Source of the DNA: Desulfobulbus propionicus DSM 2032
GTDB taxonomy: Bacteria; Desulfobacterota; Desulfobulbia; Desulfobulbales; Desulfobulbaceae
Length of the DNA stretch: 32,000 nucleotides
Assembly (NCBI RefSeq): GCF_000186885.1
Contig: NC_014972.1
Location: forward strand, 2,580,001 to 2,612,000
Direction of reading: 5' to 3'
The notes beneath the pieces were generated by a model. It was not told where the DNA came from and did no database searches. It saw only the letters and a program-made list of their open reading frames with translations. The translations under genes and the position numbers were made by a program. Below are positions 17,117 through 25,908 of the stretch, in pieces (position 1 is the stretch's first letter; every line of letters starts with the position of its first letter).

Positions 17117-19825
17117 TCAGGCGGCGACCGTGGTTCGGAGGCAGCGGCAGACGCCCTCCACCAACCGTTCCCGGTCCAGTTTGATGTGGTATTCTTCGAC
17201 CCCGGCAGCCTTGCCCCGGGCAATGTCCTCCTCGGCGGCCAGGGTGGTCAGGGCGATAACCGGCAGATGAGCAAAGCGCGAGGAATGTTTGATCCTTTGG
17301 GTCAACTCGAAGCCGTCCAGGTTGGGCATCTCGATATCGGTGACCACCAGGCCGATGGTCTCGTGGTTGCTCTCCAGCACCTGCCAGGCATCGAGGCCAT
17401 CGACCGCCTCCACGACCGGGAAGCCGGCCTGCTCCAGATAGCTGCGCACCAGGTTGCGGAAGAACTCGGAATCGTCGACGATGAGCACCTGGTCCACATC
17501 CTCGCCGCCGCAGGCAGCCGCATCCCCGAACCAATCGGGATGGAGTGTTTCCACCAGCTCGAAGATGTCGACCAGCATGGTGGTGGTGCCACCGATGATG
17601 GCCGAACCCATGATGCCGGTCTGTCGGAGGGTGACCGCGTCAATCTCGGCCGAGACCTCGATGGCATCCACCGGACCGCTGGCCAGTAGACCGATGTCCT
17701 TGCCCTTGAGACGAAAGACGATGACCAGCAGATTGTCTTGGTCGGCCAGGGGCAGCACCGTGGCCACCTCGTCGACACTGAGCAGTGGCAGGCTGCCGCC
17801 CCGGTACTGCATCACCCGGCGGCTGCCGATGGCTTCGATTTGGGAGCGGTTGATTTTTTCGACTCGTTCCACCAGGCTCAAGGGCACGGCGAACTGTTCT
17901 TCCTGGGCGCTGCGGAAGGTGAGCAGGGCCTGCCGGTCTTGGCGCTTGAGCAGGGTTTCCCGCGCCAGTTCGCCGGACCTCCGCGAGCCCTCCAGCGAGG
18001 TCAGCCGGGCCATGCGGGCCAGGTCGGCGATGTCGAGGATCAAGGCGATGCGGCCGTCGCCCATGATGGTGGCTCCGGCATAACCTTGGCAGCCCTGGAG
18101 ATGGCGACCGAGCGGCTTGATGACGATCTCTTCCGAGTCGAGCAGGCGGTCGACGATGAGGCCGTAGCGGAACGCCCCGGTGGTGACCACCACGATGTTG
18201 AGGGCGCTGGACGGGCTCTGCCGTCGGTCCGTGCCCCGTGGCTCCGGTGTCGTTTCAGGCTCACGGACGACTATTGCAGCGGGGTCGAACAGTGGCGAGG
18301 TCCGCGAGCGGCGGTCGGCGATGTTGTGGCGGCGGTCGCTGCGGGTGGTGCCGGTTTCCTCGTCGTAATAGGTCCGCTCGATTCCGAGGGTATCGGACAA
18401 GCGGATCAGCGGCAGCAGGGTGCCCCGGAGGCGGACGACCTCGGCGTCGCCCACCCGCTCGATCCGCTCCTTGATCTGCGCAGCGGGGATGCGCAGCAGT
18501 TCTTCCAGGTTGGCTTGGGGGATGGCGTAGCGCTCCTCTCCGGTCATGATGATCTGGCTGGGGATGATGGCCAGGGTCAACGGCAGCTTGATGGCGATGC
18601 GGGTGCCTTGGCCGACCACCGAGTCGATCTCCAGAGTCCCGCCCAGTTGGTCGAGGTTGGTCTTGACCACATCCATGCCCACACCGCGGCCGGACACGTC
18701 GGTGACCAGAGCAGCGGTGGAGAAGCCCGGCAGAAGGATGAGGTTGAGCTTCTCCTTGGCCGACATCAGTTTGGCCTGGTCGGCGGAGATCAGCCCCTTG
18801 GCCATTGCCGTGGCCGCCAGCTGTTCACCGTCGAGGCCCCGGCCGTCGTCCTTGATCTCGATCACCACCTGGCCGGCGGCATGATAGGCCTTGAGCAACA
18901 GGGTGCCGTGGCTTGGCTTGCCCAATCCCTGGCGTTCCCCAGGGGATTCGATGCCGTGGTCGATGCTGTTGCGCACCAGGTGGGTGAGCGGGTCGCTGAT
19001 CGCCTCGATGATGGTCTTGTCGAGTTCCACCTCTTTACCGACCAGGTGGAGCTCCACCTCTTTGCCCAGCTTCTTGGCCAGATCCCGCACCACCCGTGGA
19101 AATTTGCCCAGGACGTTGCCAATAGGCTGCATCCGGGTGAGCATGATCGCCCCTTGCAGCTCGGAGGTCACCAGGTCAATACGCTGACCCACCGCCTCGG
19201 CCTCGGGCGCCGCACCGGAGCCGATGGTTTGCAGCAGTTGGTTGCGCGACAGCACCAGTTCGCCCGCCAAGGTCATCAACTGGTCGAGCAGGCTCACCGA
19301 CACCCGGATACTGGTCTCCGTTTTGCTGGTGGCCATGCCATCGTCTGGCGGCGGAATGTCGCCCTCCGTGGAGAGAGGGGCCATTGCCTCCGGGGCAGCC
19401 GGCCGCACCTCGGGGGGGGAGGTGGCGGCCGGCTGATCCCCGGCGGCAATGGCATTCAAGATGGCGACAGGGGCGCTGATATCGATTTCGTTGCTGCAGG
19501 AGATATTGGCCAGGTGCTGCTTGAGCCTGTCCGTGGCCAGCAGCAGTCCGTTGATCACCTCCTGGGTGGGCGTCAACTTGCGGGTACGCATCAAACCAAG
19601 CACGTTCTCCGCTGCATGGGCCAAATCCTGGAGTACATGTAGACCCATGAAACCGGCGCCCCCCTTGATGGAATGGATCGCCCGGAACACCTTGTTGACC
19701 CGTTCCTCGTTATTCACTGCCCCTCCCTGTTCGATGGCGAGCAGGTCGCCCTCGATATCGGCCAGATGTTCAACCGACTCTTCGATGAACGCGCCGAGGA
19801 GTTCGTTGTCTTCGTTACTGCTCAT
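17117..19825 (-). CDS. cheA: Chemotaxis histidine kinase CheA with C-terminal receiver domain (CheA-CheY hybrid)
   Basis: Hpt motif VFRAIHSIKGGAGFMG; H-kinase dimerization domain LMTLAGELVLSRNQLLQ; ATP-binding DPLTHLVRNSIDHGIESP, GRGVGMDVVKTNLDQLGG; CheW-like C-terminus; receiver VLIVDDSEFFRNLVRSYLEQAGFPVVEAVDG...GLVVTDIEMPNLDG. Confidence 0.96.
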   Translation of the reverse strand: MSSNEDNELLGAFIEESVEHLADIEGDLLAIEQGGAVNNEERVNKVFRAIHSIKGGAGFMGLHVLQDLAHAAENVLGLMRTRKLTPTQEVINGLLLATDRLKQHLANISCSNEIDISAPVAILNAIAAGDQPAATSPPEVRPAAPEAMAPLSTEGDIPPPDDGMATSKTETSIRVSVSLLDQLMTLAGELVLSRNQLLQTIGSGAAPEAEAVGQRIDLVTSELQGAIMLTRMQPIGNVLGKFPRVVRDLAKKLGKEVELHLVGKEVELDKTIIEAISDPLTHLVRNSIDHGIESPGERQGLGKPSHGTLLLKAYHAAGQVVIEIKDDGRGLDGEQLAATAMAKGLISADQAKLMSAKEKLNLILLPGFSTAALVTDVSGRGVGMDVVKTNLDQLGGTLEIDSVVGQGTRIAIKLPLTLAIIPSQIIMTGEERYAIPQANLEELLRIPAAQIKERIERVGDAEVVRLRGTLLPLIRLSDTLGIERTYYDEETGTTRSDRRHNIADRRSRTSPLFDPAAIVVREPETTPEPRGTDRRQSPSSALNIVVVTTGAFRYGLIVDRLLDSEEIVIKPLGRHLQGCQGYAGATIMGDGRIALILDIADLARMARLTSLEGSRRSGELARETLLKRQDRQALLTFRSAQEEQFAVPLSLVERVEKINRSQIEAIGSRRVMQYRGGSLPLLSVDEVATVLPLADQDNLLVIVFRLKGKDIGLLASGPVDAIEVSAEIDAVTLRQTGIMGSAIIGGTTTMLVDIFELVETLHPDWFGDAAACGGEDVDQVLIVDDSEFFRNLVRSYLEQAGFPVVEAVDGLDAWQVLESNHETIGLVVTDIEMPNLDGFELTQRIKHSSRFAHLPVIALTTLAAEEDIARGKAAGVEEYHIKLDRERLVEGVCRCLRTTVAA

Positions 19826-19959
19826 GCCTGTTTCCTTGCTAAAAGCACTCTGTTGAGCCGGACTCGGTCACGGCGTCTTTAATTTCTGTACCCAAAACAT
19901 TGCAGCCAGGATTGACCCGAGCGAACTTCTCAAAGCTCAGGTCGGTAATCGGTCGGCAA

Positions 19960-19978
19960 GCCATGCGCTGCGCATGGC
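19960..19978. repeat. 19-bp perfect palindrome GCCATGCGC-T-GCGCATGGC in intergenic region
   Basis: 9-bp perfect arms with 1-nt centre, read directly from the sequence. It lies 5' of cheA on the minus strand and 3' of the response-regulator gene. Confidence 0.75.
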
Positions 19979-20142
19979 TGACCTACTTGGGGCGATTCAG
20001 GAAAATGGGGCCAGGCCTGTTGCAATTGCGTGCTGCAAAGCGAGATCCATACCATTTTGGTGGTATTTTATTTTTGCTACTATATTGAATAGTTACAGGG
20101 TTTGGAGCGGGCGGGTGCGGTGCAGAAGAACGGGAATTCTAG

Positions 20143-20167
20143 AAAAACTGGACAGGTGGTGGTCCAG
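20143..20167 (-). terminator. Rho-independent terminator for the sigma54 response regulator gene
   Basis: On the minus strand: CTGGAC-CACCACCT-GTCCAG-TTTTT, located 55 nt after the stop at 20222. Confidence 0.7.
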
Positions 20168-20221
20168 TAGTCCAGAAACAGGAGACGTGGCAAGCGGAAC
20201 GCAGGGAAGAGTGTGGGCAAT

Positions 20222-21691
20222 TTATTTGGTGGTCGGATCGGGATCGGAAAGGCGTTCCGGTGTGCGTGCACCGGGCATCGTCGCAACGGAGAGGGAGTGC
20301 AACTTCAGGAGATTGTACAGGTGGGAGCGGCTGAATTGGGCCATGGCGCAGGCGGTGCTGATGTCACCCTCAGCTTCCTGCAACAGGCTTTGCAGGTAAT
20401 GCTTTTCTATGAAGTCAAGCTGCTGGCGGCGGTATTCCTTGTATGGAAGGATCGTCCCTCTTGGCGAATGCGGGGGCGGCGGTTGAAAGTGATTGTGGGG
20501 TTCGTGCCTGCTTTCCACCATGGATCGAATGTGATGCAGCCGAATTTCCGGAGGGAGGTGAACGGGGTAGATCGCTGGATTGGAGGGATCGGAAAGGATC
20601 GCTTTTTCGAGCACATTGCGAAGATCGCGAATGTTGCCAGGCCAGGGATAGGCCTTCAGGATTTCCAGGGTTTCGGGAAGGATGCCTTTGATCGAAAAAT
20701 GGTGGTGCCGACAAATTGCCAGGACAAAACTCACCGCGAGTTTTTCGATATCTGCCTCTCGTTCCCGGAGCGGCGGCAAATGGATGGTAAAGGCAGAGAG
20801 GCGAAAGTAAAGATCCTGGCGGAACTGCCCTTGTTGCACCATTGCCTCAAGGTTCCGGTTGGTGGCGGCAATGAGTCTGAAATCGCTTTTCTGTTCACGA
20901 ACCTTGCCCACCGGTCTGAATGTTCGTTCCTGGAGGACACGAAGCAGACTTTTTTGCAAATCGAGAGAGAGTTCGCCGATTTCATCAAGAAAAAGCGTGC
21001 CGCCATCTGCCTGTTCAATCAGGCCTTGCCGATCACTGTCGGCGCCGGTGAACGCACCTTTGGCATGACCAAAGAGGAGGCTGGCCACTAACTGGTCGGG
21101 CAGGTTGGTACAGTCGACCACCACAAAAGGTTGATGTGCGCGGGCACTGTTGGTGTGGATGGCGTGGGCAAACAACTCCTTGCCCGTGCCGGTTTCACCG
21201 GTAATCAAAACCCCGGTATCGGTGTTCGAGCACTGGGCGACTTGGTTGAGGCAAGAGAGAATGCTTGCACTTGTGCCGATGATTTCATCGCGATTGAGGA
21301 TGACCTTGTTGGCGCATTGTCGCTTTTTGTCGTGGTATTCCAGGGCACGTTTGATTTGCAGGATGATTTCTTGTCGGTTCAGCGGTTTTTGCAGATAATT
21401 CCAGGCACCATTTTTGATGGCCAGCTCCGCACCGTTGGCGTCTCCCATGCCGGTAACAATGATGACCTCCGGTGGCGAGGGTAACCTGTTCATAGAGGGC
21501 AGGACATCGAGGCCATTGCCATCAGGCAGTCGGACATCCAGAAAAACGAGATCTATTGGCTGTGCGGCAAGTTGCGCTTTCCCTTCCTCGATGCTTGCCG
21601 CGCCAATCGCCTCGAAACCAAGCACGGAGCAGTTTTCTAAAAGAAGATCGCGAAAAAGGGGATCGTCATCAATAACTAGGATATGTGCCAC
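20222..21691 (-). CDS. Sigma54-dependent response regulator (NtrC family: receiver, AAA+, HTH_8/Fis)
   Basis: 489 aa, GTG start. HILVIDDDPLFRDLLLENC...DLVFLDVRLPDGNGLDVL; Walker A GETGTGKE; GAFTGAD loop; GGTLFLDEIGEL; C-terminal Fis-like YLQSLLQEAEGDISTACAMAQFSRSHLYNLLKLHSL. Confidence 0.95.
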   Translation of the reverse strand: MAHILVIDDDPLFRDLLLENCSVLGFEAIGAASIEEGKAQLAAQPIDLVFLDVRLPDGNGLDVLPSMNRLPSPPEVIIVTGMGDANGAELAIKNGAWNYLQKPLNRQEIILQIKRALEYHDKKRQCANKVILNRDEIIGTSASILSCLNQVAQCSNTDTGVLITGETGTGKELFAHAIHTNSARAHQPFVVVDCTNLPDQLVASLLFGHAKGAFTGADSDRQGLIEQADGGTLFLDEIGELSLDLQKSLLRVLQERTFRPVGKVREQKSDFRLIAATNRNLEAMVQQGQFRQDLYFRLSAFTIHLPPLREREADIEKLAVSFVLAICRHHHFSIKGILPETLEILKAYPWPGNIRDLRNVLEKAILSDPSNPAIYPVHLPPEIRLHHIRSMVESRHEPHNHFQPPPPHSPRGTILPYKEYRRQQLDFIEKHYLQSLLQEAEGDISTACAMAQFSRSHLYNLLKLHSLSVATMPGARTPERLSDPDPTTK

Positions 21692-21698
21692 TTATGAC

Positions 21699-23246
21699 CT
21701 CAAGTTTCGGGGTTGGCACCGCCAAAGAAAAATCGGCTGCCAACCTCCTGAAATAGTGTCGTTTTAACGTGAAAAGCCTTTTGCTTTCTGATACATTGGA
21801 TTTGCGAAAATACCTAATGATATCAAAAAGAAAAGGCTCAGATGAACCATACCCAATACTATCAGGAGCAACAAGAGGCAAAACGACTGCATGACCGGAT
21901 TTCTTCCTTTCTGGACGATTTCAAGGTTGGCACCCTGCTGGGTGGCAGCGGCATCCGCAAATTGCGAGGGGCAAAACCGCTGGCGGTGTTCGCCGCCATC
22001 TTCTCCTTGCCGTTTAGCGGGGTCAATTTCTCTCGCGGGATCGTGAACAACCCGGAACTGAGATTCCAGAAGGATGCCGCCTACGAGTTCTTGAAGAATC
22101 CCCGGTATAACTGGCGGAAATTTCTGCTGGGATTGGTAACCGTGGTGGTTCGGTTCATGGACGTACTGACCAGCGAGCAACGTGAGAAGGTGCTGATCAT
22201 CGATGACAGCACCTATGACCGGTCCCGCTCCAAAGTGGTCGAATTGCTCGCCTGGGTGCATGACCACAACGCCAACCGCAGCTTGAAAGGGTTCAAGCTC
22301 ATGACCCTGGGCTGGTCGGATGGAGTAAGTTTCCTGCCGCTCGATTTCATTCTCTGTTCCTCGGCCAAGGCGAGCAAGCGATTGCAGGGGATCAGAAAAG
22401 AGGTGGATAAGCGCTGCTGCGGCTACAAACGCAGAATGGAGGCCATGGCCAAATCCACCGAGCACCTGGAATCCATGGTGAAACGGGCGCTGGCACTGGG
22501 TATCCGGGCCGACTACCTCCTGATGGACAGTTGGTTTGCTTTCCCAGCCCTCCTCGCCACCTTGGGCAAGCATCTGCCGGTGATCTGCATGGGCAAGGAT
22601 ATGCCGAAGGTTTTTTACCGGCATCAAGGGCAATGGCTGACGTTGGGCAGGTTGTTTGCCGCATTGAAAAAGCGGCCGGGTAAGGCCAGGATTCTGGCTA
22701 GTGTGGCGGTGGAAGCCAAAAAGGAACAGAAGGTCAGGATCGTGTTTGTCCGTCATCGTCATAAACGCCAGTGGCTGGCCATCCTCTCCACCAAGGTCGA
22801 CCTTGCGGATGAGGAAATCGTCCGCATCTACGGCAAACGGTGGGATATCGAGGTATTTTTCAAGATGATGAAACATTACCTCAACCTCGAGCGGGAGACC
22901 CAACTGCGGGATTTCGACGGTATCATCGGCCATGTTACCATTGTCATGAGTCGCTATGTTTTCCTGGCTTTTGAGCAACGCTGCCATGACGATCCCCGCA
23001 CCCTTGGCTCGCTCTTTTACGCCTGCAGCGAAGAGCAGCAGGACCTGAGCTTGGTTGAGGCCATGCAGCGGCTGCTCAGCCTGGCCTTAGACAAAGCCAG
23101 GGCTGCCGGCATCATCGCCGAAGATGCAGTGCTTGCCATTGTTGATGCAGTCATGGGCTTTGCCGTTGATATACTGCAAACGGGAAAGAGATTGGCGCAC
23201 AGTACAAACCTAATAACGGCGAGTTAGAGTAACTCCGAAACTTGAG
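21699..23246 (+). mobile_element. Complete IS4-type insertion sequence (~1548 bp)
   Basis: Left end CTCAAGTTTCGGGGTT (21699-21714) matches the reverse complement of the right end, AACTCCGAAACTTGAG (23231-23246), with 1 mismatch. It encloses one intact transposase ORF. No obvious target-site duplication: left flank ...CCACTTATGAC, right flank TGAAAAAGTTG. Confidence 0.87.
21842..23227 (+). CDS. IS4-family DDE transposase
   Basis: 461 aa. DDE motifs in VLIIDDSTYDRSRSK, DYLLMDSWFAFPALL and IYGKRWDIEVFFKMMKHYLNLERE (the YREK-like signature Y-xx-RW-xIExFF-K). Confidence 0.92.
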   Translation: MNHTQYYQEQQEAKRLHDRISSFLDDFKVGTLLGGSGIRKLRGAKPLAVFAAIFSLPFSGVNFSRGIVNNPELRFQKDAAYEFLKNPRYNWRKFLLGLVTVVVRFMDVLTSEQREKVLIIDDSTYDRSRSKVVELLAWVHDHNANRSLKGFKLMTLGWSDGVSFLPLDFILCSSAKASKRLQGIRKEVDKRCCGYKRRMEAMAKSTEHLESMVKRALALGIRADYLLMDSWFAFPALLATLGKHLPVICMGKDMPKVFYRHQGQWLTLGRLFAALKKRPGKARILASVAVEAKKEQKVRIVFVRHRHKRQWLAILSTKVDLADEEIVRIYGKRWDIEVFFKMMKHYLNLERETQLRDFDGIIGHVTIVMSRYVFLAFEQRCHDDPRTLGSLFYACSEEQQDLSLVEAMQRLLSLALDKARAAGIIAEDAVLAIVDAVMGFAVDILQTGKRLAHSTNLITAS

Positions 23247-23286
23247 TGAAAAAGTTGTACAGGGTTTGTACAAAATGCGCCAGAAA

Positions 23287-23322
23287 CAAAAAAAGCACTT
23301 ACCGATTTCTCGATAAGTGCTT
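23287..23322 (-). terminator. Rho-independent terminator downstream of tRNA-Gln
   Basis: Minus strand: AAGCACTTA-(TCGAGAAATCGG)-TAAGTGCTT followed by a T tract (TTTTTTTG). 9-bp perfect stem, 9 nt downstream of the tRNA 3' end. Confidence 0.85.
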
Positions 23323-23331
23323 GAATTTACT

Positions 23332-23405
23332 TGGCTGGGGGACAGGGATTCGAACCCCGATAAGCGGAGTCAGAGTCCGCTGTCTTGCCGTTAGACCATC
23401 CCCCA
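23332..23405 (-). tRNA. tRNA-Gln (anticodon CUG)
   Basis: Minus strand TGGGGGATGGTCTAACGGCAAGACAGCGGACTCTGACTCCGCTTATCGGGGTTCGAATCCCTGTCCCCCAGCCA. 7-bp acceptor, anticodon arm GCGGA-CTCTGAC-TCCGC with CTG anticodon, T-arm GGTTCGAATCC, encoded CCA. Confidence 0.95.
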
Positions 23406-23426
23406 GCAGGCGGGAAAGTGGGACAG

Positions 23427-23455
23427 AAAATAGAAGAATTCGCCCTGGTTGTCAA
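23427..23455 (-). promoter_or_regulatory. Sigma70-type promoter of tRNA-Gln
   Basis: Minus strand TTGACA (23455-23450), 17-nt spacer, TATTTT (23432-23427), ~22 nt upstream of the mature tRNA 5' end. Confidence 0.65.
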
Positions 23456-23512
23456 GAAAAAATCCGTGTTTCCATCCTTGCGAATTTCCTGCCGCGAAGA
23501 ACAACGCCCGCC

Positions 23513-24319
23513 TTAGGAGATGATCAACCCGGCATAGCCGACCACCTGAGAGGTATCGCCACTGGCCTCTCCGGAGTCGGTGTAGCGGATCAGGTCAGCC
23601 GTGGTGGCGCCCAGTTCCTGGGCGGCCAGCAGGGCGATGGTTGCCGGGATGACGCCGCACATCGAGATGTGCTGACCGAGCACTGTCGCGTACAGGCCTT
23701 GGGGGTCCATGGCCAGGATGCGGTCGATCGCCAACCGATCCTTTTTGCTCGCCTGTTGGCGCGATTCATAGTGGCTCATGTCGCTTGAGGCAACCATCAG
23801 CACCGAACGCCTGAGACTGCCGATGGCCACCGCCAGTTCCCGGGCCACAGTTTGGCAGAGGTCGAAGGGAATCATCGACACCACAAGGGGAACAATGGCG
23901 AGGTTCGGCTGCACCTGCTGAAGGAAAGGCACCTGCACTTCGAGGGAGTGTTCATACTGGTGCGCCTCCTGATCTTCGCGGATGATTGACGAGGACTGGA
24001 GGATGGCCGTTGCCAGCTGCCGGTCGATCGGCACCGTGCCCAGGGGCATGCGCCATTCTTCGGTGCCGAGCGCCAGGGCCTGCCCACGGCCGTGATGGTT
24101 GGGCCCCATGATCAGCACCGTCTCGGGCACCCGGACCCGGCTGATGGTCGCGCCGGCGGTCGCGCCGGAGTAAACATACCCGGCATGGGGCATGACCACC
24201 GCCAGGGCATCGCGCTTGCGTTCCTCGGCCACCACCGGAACGAGCATGTCCATGGCGGCCCGTAACTGGTCAGGATTTCCGGGATAAAAACGATCGGCAA
24301 CAGCGGGCATCCGTGTCAT
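23513..24319 (-). CDS. amrB: AmmeMemoRadiSam system protein B (MEMO1 family)
   Basis: 268 aa. MTRMPAVADRFYPGNPDQLRAAM...VVMPHAGYVYSGATAGATISRV...VLIMGPNHHGRG...HQYEHSLEVQVPFLQQV...VLMVASSDMSHYESR...CGVIPATIALLAA. SD GGAGG is upstream of the ATG. Confidence 0.93.
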   Translation of the reverse strand: MTRMPAVADRFYPGNPDQLRAAMDMLVPVVAEERKRDALAVVMPHAGYVYSGATAGATISRVRVPETVLIMGPNHHGRGQALALGTEEWRMPLGTVPIDRQLATAILQSSSIIREDQEAHQYEHSLEVQVPFLQQVQPNLAIVPLVVSMIPFDLCQTVARELAVAIGSLRRSVLMVASSDMSHYESRQQASKKDRLAIDRILAMDPQGLYATVLGQHISMCGVIPATIALLAAQELGATTADLIRYTDSGEASGDTSQVVGYAGLIIS

Positions 24320-24361
24320 GGCTTCCTCCCTTGTCCTTTGCTCCGGCGGGAAGCCGGCAGC

Positions 24362-25825
24362 TTATTTCTTCACTTCCCAGGTGGTGCCCTCCGGGCTGTC
24401 CTTGAGCACGATCCGATGCTCCAAGAGATAATCGCGCACCTCGTCGGAGGTCGACCAATCCTTGGCGGCCCGGGCCTGGTTGCGTTTCGTGATCAGGCCG
24501 TTGATCGTTTCTTCGTCCAAGTCGATCCCGGCCAGAATCTTGGCCCTGTTGCCGGCTACCACTTCGGCTGGATTTCGCTGGACCAGACCGAGCACGCCGG
24601 CCAGCTCGCGGAACTCGGCCGCTGTGGTCCGCAGCAGGTTGAGGTCCGCGGCAGCCGGCCGCTCCGGCAGGGTGCGCAGAACCTTGTTGAGAAGTTTGAC
24701 CGTGTCGAACAGATGGGCTAGGGCCTGGGCAGTGTTGAAGTCGTTGTCCATGGCCTGATGAAAACGGTCGACAAGCGATGCCAACGCCGTGCGGTCCTTG
24801 TCGGTGATGACCGAAGCCCCCTCCGTTCCCTCGGCGGGCAGGTCTTCCACCTGTGCCAGGCATTCGTACATCCGCTCCAGGCCCGCGCGGGCATCGTGCA
24901 GGGCGGTTTCGGTGAAATCGAGGGGATTGCGGTACTGGGTGGAAAAGATAAACAGCCGCAGCACCTCTGGCTCATACTGCTTGAGCACGTCGCGGATGGT
25001 GAGGAAATTGCCCAGCGATTTGGACATTTTTTCCTCCTTGATGGTGACGAATCCGTGATGCATCCACAGGTTGGCAAAGGGTTTGCCCGAGGCGCCGCAG
25101 CTTTGGGCGATCTCGTTTTCGTGATGGGGAAAGACCAAGTCCTTGCCGCCGCCGTGGATGTCGAAGGTTTCCCCGAGGTACTTGCGGCTCATGGCCGAGC
25201 ATTCGATATGCCACCCCGGCCGTCCCTCGCCCCAGGGGCTGGGCCACTTCGGCTCTCCGGGCTTGGCCGCTTTCCACAGGACAAAATCCATGGGATGTTC
25301 TTTCTTGTCGTTGACCTCCACCCGGGCCCCGGCCTGCATGTCGGCCAAACCGCGGCCAGAGAGCTGGCCGTAGCCGACAAACCGCTCGACCCGAAAATAG
25401 ACGTCCCCATCCGCAGGATACGCCATGCCTTTGTCGATCAGGTCCTCGATCAGGCCGATCATTTCCGGAATGTGTTCGGTGGCCTTGGGCTCAAGGTCGG
25501 GCCGCAGGGTGCCGAGTGCATCCATATCGGTGTAAAATTCGTTAATAAACCGCAGGGCCAGGCTGGCACTGTCGATCCCCTGCTCGTTGGCCCGATTGAT
25601 GATCTTATCGTCAATATCGGTGAAATTTCGAACAAAAGTCACTTTGTAGCCACGATGACGCAGGTAACGGACCACCATGTCGAACACCAGAGCGGAGCGC
25701 GCATGGCCGATATGGCAGTAGTCGTAAGAGGTAATGCCGCAGACGTAGAGTTTGACATGGCCCTCTTCCAGGGGTTGCAGGATCTCCTTGCGGCGGCTGA
25801 GGGTATTGTAGATTCTGATCGACAT
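24362..25825 (-). CDS. cysS: Cysteinyl-tRNA synthetase
   Basis: 487 aa. VKLYVCGITSYDYCHIGHARSALVFDMVVRYLRHRGYKVTFVRNFTDIDDKII; GRPGWHIECSAMSRKYLGETFDIHGGGKDLVFPHHENEIAQS; KMSKSLGNFLTI. Confidence 0.98.
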   Translation of the reverse strand: MSIRIYNTLSRRKEILQPLEEGHVKLYVCGITSYDYCHIGHARSALVFDMVVRYLRHRGYKVTFVRNFTDIDDKIINRANEQGIDSASLALRFINEFYTDMDALGTLRPDLEPKATEHIPEMIGLIEDLIDKGMAYPADGDVYFRVERFVGYGQLSGRGLADMQAGARVEVNDKKEHPMDFVLWKAAKPGEPKWPSPWGEGRPGWHIECSAMSRKYLGETFDIHGGGKDLVFPHHENEIAQSCGASGKPFANLWMHHGFVTIKEEKMSKSLGNFLTIRDVLKQYEPEVLRLFIFSTQYRNPLDFTETALHDARAGLERMYECLAQVEDLPAEGTEGASVITDKDRTALASLVDRFHQAMDNDFNTAQALAHLFDTVKLLNKVLRTLPERPAAADLNLLRTTAAEFRELAGVLGLVQRNPAEVVAGNRAKILAGIDLDEETINGLITKRNQARAAKDWSTSDEVRDYLLEHRIVLKDSPEGTTWEVKK

Positions 25826-25908
25826 CTGTGTTTCCGATGGGTTGAGACATGAGAGGGGGGTCGAATTGAAAGGTATAATGTACTACACCCTCGAGGAAAC
25901 GCACAATA

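Noticed and set aside
17738-19642. 634-aa plus-strand ORF
   Set aside because: Antisense of cheA, whose catalytic motifs are unambiguous on the minus strand.
20213-21091. 292-aa plus-strand ORF
   Set aside because: Antisense of the NtrC-type regulator.
21764-22987. 407-aa minus-strand ORF inside the IS
   Set aside because: Antisense of the intact DDE transposase; not a passenger gene.
21699-23405. Possible genomic island integrated at tRNA-Gln
   Set aside because: The only mobile content is a single IS. No integrase and no duplicated tRNA 3' end were seen, and genes on both sides look like core genes.
23246-23788. 180-aa plus-strand ORF after the IS
   Set aside because: Runs through the tRNA-Gln terminator, the tRNA itself and the antisense of amrB; not credible as a protein.
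24758-25852. 364-aa plus-strand ORF
   Set aside because: Antisense of cysS.
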